Counted from the stretch's first letter, positions 25,343 through 35,590 are shown. The stretch: DNA of 64,000 nucleotides from Candidatus Jorgensenbacteria bacterium GW2011_GWB1_50_10 (GCA_001004105.1 LCQK01000003.1:46805-110804), one strand, 5' to 3'. Translations and numbers: made by a program. The notes: a model not told the origin generated them from the letters alone.

Positions 25343-26430
25343 TGAGGGGCTTTACTCTTATAGAAGTTTTAATAACGGTCGCAATTATTACAGCCGTTTC
25401 CGCGGCCGGTTATGTCGCGTTTTCCAAGTTCAAAGGTTCGCAAGCCGTTGAGCTCACAATGAACGAAATTACGGCCGTCATAAAGGACGTCCAAAAAAGA
25501 GCAGTGACACAGCAGGACGGCAAGCAATGGGGGCTCCGTTTCACTAATTCAACGTCAACCACGCACAGCTATCAGGTTTGGAGCGGTCCGAGCTATGCTT
25601 CGGGAACGATTAGCAGGACCTATTACCTCGGTCGCGGCACGCTCTTCGGCAACCCCGCCGACGATCTGAATGTAGACGAAATTTTCTCGGCGATAAGCGG
25701 GAAGCTCTTGGAGACAAGAGTCATTTCTTTAATAAATCGAAGAAAAGATGGTGTTGTCGGCGACATAATTCTTACTTCCCGGGGCGCGATTACAACGAGA
25801 AAAGAGAGCGGTCTTGTCGGCTATTGGCATTTTGACGAGAGTACAGCAACAACGACTTATGACGCTTCGGGGTTTGCCAATGCCGGCACGCTCACCAACG
25901 GTCCGGCATGGCAATCGGCGTCTAATTGCAAGGCGGGGACATGTTTGAGTTTTGACGGGACGAATGATTATGTGAATGTGATTGATTCAGCCTCACTCGA
26001 TATCACTGGCGCAATCACTGTTAGCGCTTGGGTATACGCGGATAGTTACCCCTCTACTTATCCAACGGTAGTGGCAAAAGGAAACTCCGCAAGCGCTTGG
26101 GAGCTTGACGTGAAGAATGATGGAACGATCGAATGGGAAGGGTTTATCGGTGGTACTCAAAGGATTTGCAATGGTGGCTCATTTAACCTTAACCAGTGGG
26201 TTTATATTGTAGGCCTATTTGATGGTAGCGACATGAAAATATTCGTTAATGGTTCAGAGGTGAAGTCATGTTCTTTCCCAGGGGTGTTAGGTACAAATAA
26301 TTCTGCCTTGGAAATCGGTTCCAGAACCAATGGAGGCGCCGTTTGGGACGGTTTTATTGATGGAGTCCGTATCTACAACAGCGCCTTGAGCGCCCAGGAA
26401 ATTTTGAATTTATATAATGATTTAAAATAA
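25342..26430 (+). CDS. prepilin-type pseudopilin with LamG domain
   Basis: MRGFTLIEVLITVAII leader and methylation motif, then GLVGYWHFDESTATTTYDASG...FDGTNDY and GVRIYNSALSAQEI. Confidence 0.8.
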   Translation: MRGFTLIEVLITVAIITAVSAAGYVAFSKFKGSQAVELTMNEITAVIKDVQKRAVTQQDGKQWGLRFTNSTSTTHSYQVWSGPSYASGTISRTYYLGRGTLFGNPADDLNVDEIFSAISGKLLETRVISLINRRKDGVVGDIILTSRGAITTRKESGLVGYWHFDESTATTTYDASGFANAGTLTNGPAWQSASNCKAGTCLSFDGTNDYVNVIDSASLDITGAITVSAWVYADSYPSTYPTVVAKGNSASAWELDVKNDGTIEWEGFIGGTQRICNGGSFNLNQWVYIVGLFDGSDMKIFVNGSEVKSCSFPGVLGTNNSALEIGSRTNGGAVWDGFIDGVRIYNSALSAQEILNLYNDLK

Positions 26431-26434
26431 ATTT

Positions 26435-27700
26435 ATGAGAAGGTTCTGGCGCGATATAAAAGGACAAAGTTTGATTGAAGTTTTAATCGGTTTGGCGATT
26501 GGTGCCGTTTTAATCGGCGCTGCGAGTTTGGGCGTTACTTTCATGCTTCGCTCTAGCGCCGCCAGTCAGAATGTTCAGATTGGAACGGGTCTTGCCCAAG
26601 ATTTGGTGGACAAGGCTCGTTCCGTATCGGCCGCCAAGTGGCAGGATATTTACCACCTCACCAAAGGAACGAGCACATCTTATTTTGTAAATGCTTTTGG
26701 CACGCAGCTTGTTGTTGTAGAAGGTCAGGAAGGCGTTATCAGCAATGAAAATACGAATGGTTTGGTCGGTTACTGGAAGTTTGATGAGGCGACGAGTACG
26801 GCGACTACTACGACCTTCGACGCTTCCGGAAAGTCCAACCACGGCACTCTCACGAGCGGCGTTTCAAGAGCTACCTCAACTTGTAAAGTTAGTTATTGTT
26901 TGGATTTTGATGGAGTGGATGATTATGTTGATTCCGGAAGCGGTTCAAGTTTGGATATTACTCAAAATGTAACACTCGTGTCGTGGGTTAAGTTGGATAC
27001 TTATACCTCGGGCGGCACTAACACTGACAGGGCAAGCATTGTGCAGAAGACGGGGCAATATTATATGACAGTGAATTCAGCAAACGGAACACTCGACGCC
27101 TTCTTTGGTGGGGTCACTGGTAGTCATACGCCTTCAAATTCTACAGTTTCATTGAATCAGTGGATGCACACCGCAATCACTTATGATGGTGCAAATATAA
27201 AATGGTATATAGACGGTGTTTTAGACAAAACATCGGCCGCGACCGGTACCATTACTAGTGATCCCCGAAGCGTTCGTATCGGCGGGGAACCGGCTTTTGG
27301 TCGTTTTCTGAACGGTTCCATTGACGAAGTCCGCGTCTACAACCGCGCTCTTTCCGCCGACGAAATCCAGCGGCTTTGGAATTCCGTGCCTTTCACGCAT
27401 TACTTTAACGTTGGAAACGTAAACCGCGATACGAACGGCAATATTGTTTCCTCCGGCGGAAATGAAGATCCTTCAACCCAAAAAATCACGGTGACTGTGC
27501 AGTGGCCGGGGAGCGGCAGTAATGTCGGTCAGATTCAAATTGTTGATTATTTAACCCGCTGGCAGAACCAAGTGTTTCAGCAAAGCGATTGGCTGGGTGG
27601 TTCTGGCCAAATAGGCCCGATTACCTTACCGAATTCTAAATACGACAGCGCGACGAGCGTTTCCAACCCCGCCGGTTCAATCAGAATTCAAGGACTATAA
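26435..27700 (+). CDS. prepilin-type pseudopilin with LamG domain
   Basis: GQSLIEVLIGLAIGAVLIG N-terminus, then GLVGYWKFDEATS...FDGVDDY and EVRVYNRALSADEI. Confidence 0.75.
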   Translation: MRRFWRDIKGQSLIEVLIGLAIGAVLIGAASLGVTFMLRSSAASQNVQIGTGLAQDLVDKARSVSAAKWQDIYHLTKGTSTSYFVNAFGTQLVVVEGQEGVISNENTNGLVGYWKFDEATSTATTTTFDASGKSNHGTLTSGVSRATSTCKVSYCLDFDGVDDYVDSGSGSSLDITQNVTLVSWVKLDTYTSGGTNTDRASIVQKTGQYYMTVNSANGTLDAFFGGVTGSHTPSNSTVSLNQWMHTAITYDGANIKWYIDGVLDKTSAATGTITSDPRSVRIGGEPAFGRFLNGSIDEVRVYNRALSADEIQRLWNSVPFTHYFNVGNVNRDTNGNIVSSGGNEDPSTQKITVTVQWPGSGSNVGQIQIVDYLTRWQNQVFQQSDWLGGSGQIGPITLPNSKYDSATSVSNPAGSIRIQGL

Positions 27701-27765
27701 TATTAGAAGGACTATAACATTAGAAGCAGATTCAAGTTTATCCGCTTCTATTAAAAAATTTCAAT

Positions 27766-27799
27766 GCTTCAATTTATCCCATATGGGATAAATTGAAGC
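27766..27799. terminator. 34-bp perfect palindrome, bidirectional terminator between convergent genes
   Basis: GCTTCAATTTATCCCA TA TGGGATAAATTGAAGC has a 16-bp stem and lies between the 27700 (+) and 27846 (-) gene ends. Confidence 0.65.
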
Positions 27800-27845
27800 G
27801 GGTCTAAATTTTACTAAACAACCTTAACTTTTCTCCTACCAACCT

Positions 27846-29288
27846 CTACAATGTAACTACAAAACTCCCACTCGGGATATTGGTGATTTCCTGCGGTAAG
27901 ATAAAGCGCAGGTTTTTCTCCTTTTGTTTTTCAGGGAGGTAGGTGTCGGTCAAGAACATTACGGTTTGGGCCGGCGAGCCGATTTTGCGGATGTCGTGGC
28001 CACCGGTGTCTACGACCAGATATTTTGCCGTTGCCGGGGGCAAAGCATTTATCTCTTCGGCAATTTGAACATATTTCGCGTTGAATGCTTCCGCCACGTC
28101 CGCCCGTTTCGCCCAATCAAGGAAGTAAGTTTGGTAGGCGTTTAGAATAAGTAAAATAAGAAAGAGAAAACTGATTGCTTTAAGTAAACGGCTGTTAGTT
28201 TCCGTTTTCAAAAATTCGTAGAGCGAGGCGCCGCCCAAAGCCGCAATTATGAAAACCGGGGGAGCCATAAGAAACGAGCGGAGCGCGTGCGGCAGGCCTT
28301 CGTTTGAAACAACAACGGGAAGAGTGGCAACGATGAGCCAACTGAACAAAATCCAAAAAGCGAAGCGGCCCGGCATTTTTTTGTTGAGGAGACCATAAAG
28401 CAATCCCAGAGCGAAAAGAATTCCAACTGGCCAATAAAGAAGCGGCTCACCCGGAAGGTTGTGCCGCGGGTTCCAGTCGCCCGCAAAATTGAACATGCCG
28501 GCGGTCTTTAGGATATTCAACCCCAAATCTTTTAGCGGAGTAAGGGAATTAAAAATTGAGATTTCACTCGTGCGGCCGAAGAAGTCCTGTGGATGGCTCC
28601 AAAAATAAATTCCGAGCGGCAGAGAAATAAGAACGGCCGCAACAACAAAGATTGAACCGATGCGCAAACTTTTCCGCCAGCCGAATATTTTTCCGCAGAA
28701 AACAAGAATCAAGATGACGAGAAGCGGGGTAGCCCGGTAAGCGATGTAGGAATACATTCCCAAGCTGTAAATAATTCCGGCCAAGGCCGGCAGCCACTTT
28801 GTTTGCCGCCTGAACGACAAGAGGAGAAAATACAATCCCCATGTCAGGAAAAATGGCGCCATGATTGCCCGAAAGCCAACGCGAGAGAAATTTATATGCC
28901 AGAAACTCGTAGCGATTAGAAAAGTAGCGAGTAGCGCGATTCGTTTATCCTCAAATAGCTCTCTCGTTAAAAAATAGATTCCCAAGACGGTTAAGATGCC
29001 GAAAATCGCGCTCGGCAACCTTAATACCCACGGTTCATTCGCACCAAAAATTTTTAAGAACAGCGCTTGAATATTGATGAAAAGCCCTTCCCGGCCGTTG
29101 TTTTCTTCATAGAAAACCTTGAATCCGCCGGCTGGCGGAGCCGCTTGCAGCGCTTGTACCGCGTTATTGCCGTTCATTGCTTCATCGGAGTAAAGGCCAG
29201 GCGGAAGGTTTTTAAAGTCATAAAACCTAAAGAAAGAAGCAATAAGGACAATCAAAAGAATCAGGAAAATTTTTGAACGAGAGTGCAT
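27846..29288 (-). CDS. GT39/ArnT-like (PMT_2) polyprenol-phosphate-dependent glycosyltransferase
   Basis: Polytopic membrane protein with an N-terminal FFRFYDFKNLPPGLYSDEAMNG loop typical of the family. Confidence 0.75.
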   Translation of the reverse strand: MHSRSKIFLILLIVLIASFFRFYDFKNLPPGLYSDEAMNGNNAVQALQAAPPAGGFKVFYEENNGREGLFINIQALFLKIFGANEPWVLRLPSAIFGILTVLGIYFLTRELFEDKRIALLATFLIATSFWHINFSRVGFRAIMAPFFLTWGLYFLLLSFRRQTKWLPALAGIIYSLGMYSYIAYRATPLLVILILVFCGKIFGWRKSLRIGSIFVVAAVLISLPLGIYFWSHPQDFFGRTSEISIFNSLTPLKDLGLNILKTAGMFNFAGDWNPRHNLPGEPLLYWPVGILFALGLLYGLLNKKMPGRFAFWILFSWLIVATLPVVVSNEGLPHALRSFLMAPPVFIIAALGGASLYEFLKTETNSRLLKAISFLFLILLILNAYQTYFLDWAKRADVAEAFNAKYVQIAEEINALPPATAKYLVVDTGGHDIRKIGSPAQTVMFLTDTYLPEKQKEKNLRFILPQEITNIPSGSFVVTL

Positions 29289-29309
29289 TTGTTTTATAAT
29301 TATATCATT

Positions 29310-29726
29310 ATGGAAACAAAGAACTTTGACGAAAATCTCGAAAAGAGTTTATCACGGCTGGGGAAACAAATAGAGACCGAGAGCCGAGTGCCGGAGGCAA
29401 AAGAGCTCCACGAAAAAGAATTGGTTAAACTTTCCTTGAAATCCATTGCCGAAGAATCAAAAAGCGAACGGTCGACCGAAGAAGAATCCGCTCCGCCGGT
29501 CCGGGAACCCAAAGCCACTCTTCTTCCTTCTTATCTTCAAAATGACGGCGTTCCGGAGAACGTCAAAACCGAAATTGAGGGACTGATAAACCTTGTTTTT
29601 GCGGAAGGCCTGGAAAAAGCGCTCGTTGAGGCGGAGCGGCACGGCCCGTTTGTGGAAGACGCTTTTCACGACGCACTGGTGGACAAACTTCTGCCCGAAC
29701 TGAAAAAGAGGGGAATCTTAAGCTGA
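29310..29726 (+). CDS. small acidic hypothetical protein
   Basis: The start was moved to ATG 29310, 9 nt after the TATAAT box at 29295-29300. The gene is coupled to the downstream ATPase. Confidence 0.55.
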   Translation: METKNFDENLEKSLSRLGKQIETESRVPEAKELHEKELVKLSLKSIAEESKSERSTEEESAPPVREPKATLLPSYLQNDGVPENVKTEIEGLINLVFAEGLEKALVEAERHGPFVEDAFHDALVDKLLPELKKRGILS

Positions 29727-29727
29727 A

Positions 29728-32076
29728 ATGTTTTATTTCATTTTAATAGCCGTTTGCGCCGCTCTTTTAATTTGGGGCGGCTGGTTTCTAAGAAAGCGTT
29801 TAAAATTACGCCATCACCTTGATGTTTTGGGGATGAAGCTGTATCTTGTGCGTCTCCCGAAGAGCGGAAAAGAAGGCAAGGACTTGAAACAGGAAATAAA
29901 TTTGTCCGAGCAGCTTTTTACGGCCCTCGCGAGTTTCGGTAAGCCATTTGTTTTTGAAATCGCCGTGCCGTACGTGGGCGAAGAGATTCATTTTTTTGTC
30001 GGCGTTCACCGCTCTTTCAGCGAGGCGTTAGTGCGCCAAATTCAAGCTATTTGGCCCGACGCCGATGTCCGCCCCACCGACGATTACAATATTTTCAATT
30101 ACTCGGGCCGGACCTTGGGCGCGAGCGTGGTTTTGAGCGAGAGATTTGTTTTGCCGGTCCGGACTTATGTCGAAGTCGGCGCTGACACGTTCCTGCCCTT
30201 TTTGGGCGCTTTCTCCAAAATCAGCGAGCTCGGCGAGGGCGGCGCCATTCAGTTCGTGATTCGGCGGGCCGAAAGAAGCCGTTATAAAAAAGAAATAAAT
30301 TCCGCTCTGAAGTTTTTGAAGAAAGGCGGCAGTTTGAGTGAAATTCTCAGTCACCCCCTTTCGCTTTCTTTGGAAGATGTTGGTAAAGTGCTCCACGGCG
30401 AAGAAAAATTAAAAAAAGGAAATTATATTCTCGATGAAGCGAGCATTAAAACGCTTGAAATCAAGCTCGCCAAACAGCTTTTTGAAGTGAATGTCAGGAT
30501 TTTTGCTTCGGGACCGAGCAATTTCAAGGCAGAGGAGATTTTCGGGGGACTCGCCGCCGGCTTTTCTCAATTTGGAGCGCTCCAACGTAATTCTTTTAAA
30601 GTCGTTCAGCCGAAAAACATCAAAGGTCTGGTTCACGAGTTTTCTTTCCGCGAATTTAATTCTAACGAAGCAATGGTTCTTACAAGCGAAGAATTGGCAA
30701 GTATTTTTCATTTCCCGACGGCTTTTACTGAAACGCCGAAAATCAAGGAATTGAAAGCTCGGGAGGCGACGCCGCCGGCGAACCTTCCCAAAAACGGCGT
30801 GATGTTGGGCCTTGCTTCTTTTCGGGGCGGGAGCGAGGAGGTAAAAATCACCGACGACGATCGGCGGCGCCATCTTTACCTTATCGGCCAGACCGGCACC
30901 GGCAAATCCAATTTGCTTCTTAATATGGTCTCCGACGACCTGCGGAACGGGAAGGGACTCGCTGTTTTGGACCCCCACGGCGATTTGGTGGAGGAAATTT
31001 TAGGGCTTATGCCGAGCGGAAGAATGAAGGATGTCGTCGTTTTTGACCCGGGCGACATTGAGCGGCCTCTGGGTTTAAACATGATTGAATACAATTTCAG
31101 CCGGCCGGAGGAGAAGACGTTTATCGTGAATGAAATGCAGAATATTTTCAACAAGCTTTTTACGGCTGAAACAATGGGACCGATGTTCGAGCAGTATATG
31201 CGCAACGCCCTGTTGCTTTTGATGGAGGATATGCAGAGCGACCCGGCGACCTTAATGGAAATTTCACGGGTTTTCACCGACTCCCTTTTTCGGAAAACAA
31301 AACTCACTCGGACCAAAAATCCGGCGGTCTATGATTTTTGGGAAAAGGAAGCAGTTAAAGCCGGCGGCGAGGCGGCACTCGCCAATATGACTCCCTACAT
31401 CACTTCCAAGTTCAATAATTTTACGGCGAACGATTTTATGCGCCCCATCATCGGCCAGGTTAAATCGGCTTTTAACTTCAGAGAATTGATGGACGACGGC
31501 AAGATCTTGCTCGTCAATTTGTCCAAAGGCAGAATCGGCGACATCAACGCCAATCTCTTGGGTATGATTATTACCGGCAAGATTTTGATGGCCGCGCTCT
31601 CAAGGGTGGACGTCCCCGAAGACAAAAGAAAAGATTTTTATCTCTACATCGACGAGTTCCAGAATTTCACGACCGATTCCATTGCCGTGATTTTGTCGGA
31701 AGCGCGGAAATACCGGCTGAACCTCGTGATTGCCCACCAGTTTATCGGCCAGCTTACCGAGAAAATAAGGGATGCGGTTTTTGGCAACGTCGGGTCGCTC
31801 GTTGCTTTCCGGGTCGGGGCGCAGGATGCCGAATTTCTAACGAAGCAGTTTGCGCCCGTCTTCAGCGAGCAGGACCTTTTGAACATTGATAATTTCAACG
31901 CCTACGTTAAACTTCTTATAAATGGGGAGACCTCAAAACCCTTTAATATCAAAACCGTGCCGGCGCCGAAGGGGGAAAGAAACCTAGCAGAGCGCATTAA
32001 AGAAAATTCCAGAAATTTTTACGGTCGGGGGCGCGCCGAGGTGGAAGAAGAAATATACAAGCGATTGAGAACTTAA
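29728..32076 (+). CDS. TraD/VirD4-like (T4SS coupling protein-like) P-loop ATPase fused to an N-terminal TM plus uncharacterised domain
   Basis: Walker A GQTGTGKSNLL and Walker B LYIDEFQNF, plus an AHQFIGQL motif. N-terminal residues 1 to about 330 are homologous to the separate ORF 60165..61556. Confidence 0.75.
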   Translation: MFYFILIAVCAALLIWGGWFLRKRLKLRHHLDVLGMKLYLVRLPKSGKEGKDLKQEINLSEQLFTALASFGKPFVFEIAVPYVGEEIHFFVGVHRSFSEALVRQIQAIWPDADVRPTDDYNIFNYSGRTLGASVVLSERFVLPVRTYVEVGADTFLPFLGAFSKISELGEGGAIQFVIRRAERSRYKKEINSALKFLKKGGSLSEILSHPLSLSLEDVGKVLHGEEKLKKGNYILDEASIKTLEIKLAKQLFEVNVRIFASGPSNFKAEEIFGGLAAGFSQFGALQRNSFKVVQPKNIKGLVHEFSFREFNSNEAMVLTSEELASIFHFPTAFTETPKIKELKAREATPPANLPKNGVMLGLASFRGGSEEVKITDDDRRRHLYLIGQTGTGKSNLLLNMVSDDLRNGKGLAVLDPHGDLVEEILGLMPSGRMKDVVVFDPGDIERPLGLNMIEYNFSRPEEKTFIVNEMQNIFNKLFTAETMGPMFEQYMRNALLLLMEDMQSDPATLMEISRVFTDSLFRKTKLTRTKNPAVYDFWEKEAVKAGGEAALANMTPYITSKFNNFTANDFMRPIIGQVKSAFNFRELMDDGKILLVNLSKGRIGDINANLLGMIITGKILMAALSRVDVPEDKRKDFYLYIDEFQNFTTDSIAVILSEARKYRLNLVIAHQFIGQLTEKIRDAVFGNVGSLVAFRVGAQDAEFLTKQFAPVFSEQDLLNIDNFNAYVKLLINGETSKPFNIKTVPAPKGERNLAERIKENSRNFYGRGRAEVEEEIYKRLRT

Positions 32077-32078
32077 AA

Positions 32079-32681
32079 ATGAAGAGAAAGGACCTATATT
32101 TAGCGGCTGGCATCGGTTTTATCTTCGGTGTTTTGCTGCTTTTGCCCCTGAAAAACATCGGGTTTGCCGTCACGCCGAAGCTGATTTTTCTTTCGGTTTT
32201 CGGATTTGCGGTTTTTGCTCCCTTCGCACTCTTCGTTCTTTACGTTGCAAGCCGTTTTATTCCGGCTCTTTACCAATTCGGCAAATTTGCGGCCGTAGGC
32301 GCCTTAAACACCGTGATTGATTTGGGGGCTCTGAATTTTTTGATAATCTTGACCGGCATTTCAACGGGCATTTATTATAGTTCTTTCAAGGCCATCTCGT
32401 TTCTTGCGGCAGTCGGAAACAGTTATTTCTGGAACAAGTTCTGGACTTTTGGAAGCGCGAGACCAGCTTCGGCCAAGGAATTCAGCCGCTTTATTTTTTT
32501 CACCTTCATTGGGCTGATCATCAACGTCGGAGTAGCAACCCTTATTGTTGACATTGCCAGTCCGGTTTTCGGCGCACCCGCCAAACTAATGGCCAATGTC
32601 GGCGCAGTGGTCGCGACCGTTGTTTCGCTTCTCTGGAATTACTTCGCCTATAAGAGGTTTGTTTTTAAATCAACGCCATGA
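32079..32681 (+). CDS. GtrA-family membrane protein
   Basis: FGKFAAVGALNTVIDLGALNFL and YFWNKFWTF motifs. Confidence 0.8.
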   Translation: MKRKDLYLAAGIGFIFGVLLLLPLKNIGFAVTPKLIFLSVFGFAVFAPFALFVLYVASRFIPALYQFGKFAAVGALNTVIDLGALNFLIILTGISTGIYYSSFKAISFLAAVGNSYFWNKFWTFGSARPASAKEFSRFIFFTFIGLIINVGVATLIVDIASPVFGAPAKLMANVGAVVATVVSLLWNYFAYKRFVFKSTP

Positions 32682-33406
32682 AGCCATTTCTTTCGGTTAT
32701 AATTCCGGCTTACAATGAGGAAAAAAGGCTTCCCGCCACGTTGATTGACGTTGATAGATATTTAAGAAGCGCAGACTTCTCCTGCGAAATTATTGTGGTT
32801 GACGACGGTTCTAAAGACGGCACAGCGGAAATTGTTAAAAAATTTGAAGATTCTATTGGAAACCTGCGCCTGATTAAAAACGAAGAAAATCACGGCAAGG
32901 GACACGCGGTGAAACAGGGAATGCTCGCGGCCGAAGGCGAATATCGGCTTTTTATGGATGCCGATAATTCCACTTCGGTAGACCAATTCCAAAAAATTCT
33001 ACCTTTCCTAAAAGAAGGGTACGAGGTTATTATCGGTTCCCGTGATATTAAAGGAGCAGAGCTTGTGCCGCCGCAGCCTCTTTACAAAAGAGCATTGGGT
33101 AATATCGGTAATTTAGTTATTCAAATTCTTCTTCTTTGGGGGATTTGGGATACGCAGTGCGGTTTTAAATGTTTTAGCGGTAAAGCCACCCAAAGGATTT
33201 TTAGTTTAGTCACGATTGAGCGGTGGGGGTTTGACGTTGAGGCTTTGGCGCTGGGGAAGAAAATGGGTTATAAAATAAAAGAAGTGCCAGTGAGGTGGGT
33301 TAACAATCCTTATTCACAAGTAAAATTAAGCGGATATCTCACGTCTCTTTGGGATGTTTTCAAAATAAGGTTTCGGCTTTGGAAAGGGGATTATAAATAT
33401 GAGTAA
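32678..33406 (+). CDS. family 2 glycosyltransferase (polyprenol-phosphate sugar transferase-like)
   Basis: LSVIIPAYNEE, VDDGSKDGT and FMDADNS (DxD) motifs. Confidence 0.85.
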   Translation: MKPFLSVIIPAYNEEKRLPATLIDVDRYLRSADFSCEIIVVDDGSKDGTAEIVKKFEDSIGNLRLIKNEENHGKGHAVKQGMLAAEGEYRLFMDADNSTSVDQFQKILPFLKEGYEVIIGSRDIKGAELVPPQPLYKRALGNIGNLVIQILLLWGIWDTQCGFKCFSGKATQRIFSLVTIERWGFDVEALALGKKMGYKIKEVPVRWVNNPYSQVKLSGYLTSLWDVFKIRFRLWKGDYKYE

Positions 33407-34397
33407 TAACTATTCAGAACTTAGGCAAGATTTGGTCTCCGGCGACTGGATTTTGGTTGCGCCAAAGCGGGGCGCGAAACCCCACACTTTTTTAAGAAAG
33501 AAAGCGCGCTCGCCGGCCCCGCTCAAGAATTGCCCCTTCGAAAACATTCTAAAGACACACAAACCAATTTTTGTTTATAACGGCGGCGGGAAAAATGATA
33601 GTTGGGAAGTTGTGATCGTTGAAAATAAATATCCGGCGGTGGTTCATAAGAACGTTTGCGCCAAAAGTTTTCGTCACGGCATTTATTCCCTGGTCGGCGG
33701 CGTTGGCCACCATAACCTTATTGTTACGCGGGACCATAACCGTAACTTTGCGGCCCTAACGTCTTTGGAAGCCAATCAAGTGTTCCAAGTTTTCCGCGAC
33801 CGCTATTTAATGCTTCTTAACGATTCTTGTCTTGCTTATATCTTAATTTTTCATAATTGGGGGCCGGATGCCGGCGCCACCATTTATCATCCCCATTACC
33901 AGCTTATTGCCGTCCCTGTAGTGCCGCCCGACGTTCGGCATTCTCTTACCGGTTCTTCAAATTACTTTAAAAAATACAAGCACTGCGTTCATTGCGATAT
34001 GATTAAAGCCGAAAAAAAAGAAGGGAAGAGGATTGTTTATGAAAACCGAGGAGCCGTTATTATTGCTCCTTTTGTTTCTCGCGAGCCTTTTGAGCTCCGG
34101 ATTTTCCCCAAAAAACATTCACCCTATTTCGAAAATATTCTTGATACCGAATTGGAAGACGTTGTCTCCGCTCTTCAGCTCGCTTTGAAAAGAATTGAGA
34201 AAAAATTAGGCAATTCCGATTACAACTTTTTCATCCATACGGCGCCCGTCAAGGAAAAGGAGAAATACCGCCATTACCATTGGCATATCGAAGTTATCCC
34301 CAAAACGAACATTTCCGCAGGTTTCGAGCTCGGCACCGGCATCGAGATAAACGTCGTTGATCCGGACGCGGCCGCAAGAATCTTGAGGACAAGATAA
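33399..34397 (+). CDS. GalT-like HIT-superfamily nucleotidyltransferase/phosphorylase
   Basis: WILVAPKRGAKP, ENKYPAV and the IYHPHYQLIA (HxHxQ) motif. Confidence 0.7.
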   Translation: MSNNYSELRQDLVSGDWILVAPKRGAKPHTFLRKKARSPAPLKNCPFENILKTHKPIFVYNGGGKNDSWEVVIVENKYPAVVHKNVCAKSFRHGIYSLVGGVGHHNLIVTRDHNRNFAALTSLEANQVFQVFRDRYLMLLNDSCLAYILIFHNWGPDAGATIYHPHYQLIAVPVVPPDVRHSLTGSSNYFKKYKHCVHCDMIKAEKKEGKRIVYENRGAVIIAPFVSREPFELRIFPKKHSPYFENILDTELEDVVSALQLALKRIEKKLGNSDYNFFIHTAPVKEKEKYRHYHWHIEVIPKTNISAGFELGTGIEINVVDPDAAARILRTR

Positions 34398-34404
34398 ATC
34401 CAGA

Positions 34405-34860
34405 ATGAACGAGATTCTTACCACGATTCTTGTCGCCGCCTCGCCTATTTTTGAAATCCGGGGAGCAATACCTCTTGCGATTTTTGGGTTTAATATGCCG
34501 CCGTTTGAGGCCTACGTCTTGGGAATAATAGGGAATTTTTTGCCGGTTTTGCCGCTCCTTTTCTTTTGGAATTTCCTTTACGAAAAACTTGTGCACCGGC
34601 TCTACCAGCTTAACCGTTTTTTCAACTGGCTTTTTGAGAGAACGAGAGCCAAGCACGCCGACCATTTTGCCCTTTGGCAGGACGTCGCTCTTTTGGTTTT
34701 TGTGGCCATTCCTCTGCCCATGACCGGGGCCTGGAGCGGGACGGTTGCGGCTTTTGTTTTCGGGGTGCCGATAAAGCAGGCGGCGCTCATGATTTGCCTT
34801 GGCAATATGATATCGGGCTTGATTGTTTTATTATTATCCAAGGGCGTTTCGCTCATATGA
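34405..34860 (+). CDS. small membrane protein (COG2426 / small multidrug export-like)
   Basis: ASPIFEIRGAIPLAI N-terminus and four hydrophobic segments. Confidence 0.6.
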   Translation: MNEILTTILVAASPIFEIRGAIPLAIFGFNMPPFEAYVLGIIGNFLPVLPLLFFWNFLYEKLVHRLYQLNRFFNWLFERTRAKHADHFALWQDVALLVFVAIPLPMTGAWSGTVAAFVFGVPIKQAALMICLGNMISGLIVLLLSKGVSLI

Positions 34861-35585
34861 GTAAACTCATCATTGCCAACTGGAAAATGAATCCGTCCAC
34901 TGTGTCGCAAGCAGTGAAGCTCGCACGCGCGGAGGATAAGAAAGGCGTGGTTATCGCGCCGCCGTTTCCTTTCCTTCCGTTGGTTTCAAAAGTTTTAAGG
35001 AAAGCAAAATTGGGGGCACAGGACGCTTTTTGGGTGCCGAAAGGCGCCTATACCGGCGAGGTTTCCATCCATCAACTTAAAACTTTGCGCGTTAAATACG
35101 TGATAATCGGCCACTCCGAGCGCAGGGGGCTTGGCGAAACGGATTGGTTGATCAATAAGAAAATCAGAGCCGCTCTTGCCGAAGACCTCACGGTTATTTT
35201 GTGCGTCGGCGAACCGTGGAGGGTTCGACGCAAAGGACTTGCCGCCGCAAAAAGATTTGTAAAACAGCAACTTCAAAAAGATTTAAAGGGAACTGATAAG
35301 CTAACGAAGTTGAAAGCTGAAAGCTTAATTACTGCTTACGAGCCCGTCTGGGCCATCGGCACCGGCCATGCCGACAGGCCCGAAGGTGCAGTTGAAATGA
35401 TTAAATTCATTAAAAAAAATCTACAATCTAAAACCTATAACCTAAAATCTAGAGTACTGTACGGCGGGTCGGTTACCGGGAGGAACGCAGCCGGGTTTTT
35501 GAAACAAAAAGAAATTGGTGGCGCTCTGGTCGGCGGGGCGAGTTTGAAACCATCCGAATTTAAGAGAATCATCCGGAGTTTATAG
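34857..35585 (+). CDS. tpiA: triosephosphate isomerase
   Basis: MSKLIIANWKMNPS start, overlapping the previous stop as ATGA. IIGHSERR and AYEPVWAIGTG motifs. The longer ORF-track start at 34674 was rejected. Confidence 0.9.
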   Translation: MSKLIIANWKMNPSTVSQAVKLARAEDKKGVVIAPPFPFLPLVSKVLRKAKLGAQDAFWVPKGAYTGEVSIHQLKTLRVKYVIIGHSERRGLGETDWLINKKIRAALAEDLTVILCVGEPWRVRRKGLAAAKRFVKQQLQKDLKGTDKLTKLKAESLITAYEPVWAIGTGHADRPEGAVEMIKFIKKNLQSKTYNLKSRVLYGGSVTGRNAAGFLKQKEIGGALVGGASLKPSEFKRIIRSL

Positions 35586-35590
35586 TTTTT

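Noticed and set aside
27691-27726. 17-bp tandem duplication (AGGACTATAAYATTAGAAG x2) spanning the stop codon of ORF 26435..27700
   Set aside because: It is a simple short tandem duplication in a 3' end/intergenic region with no effect on the ORF, so it was noted only as a curiosity.
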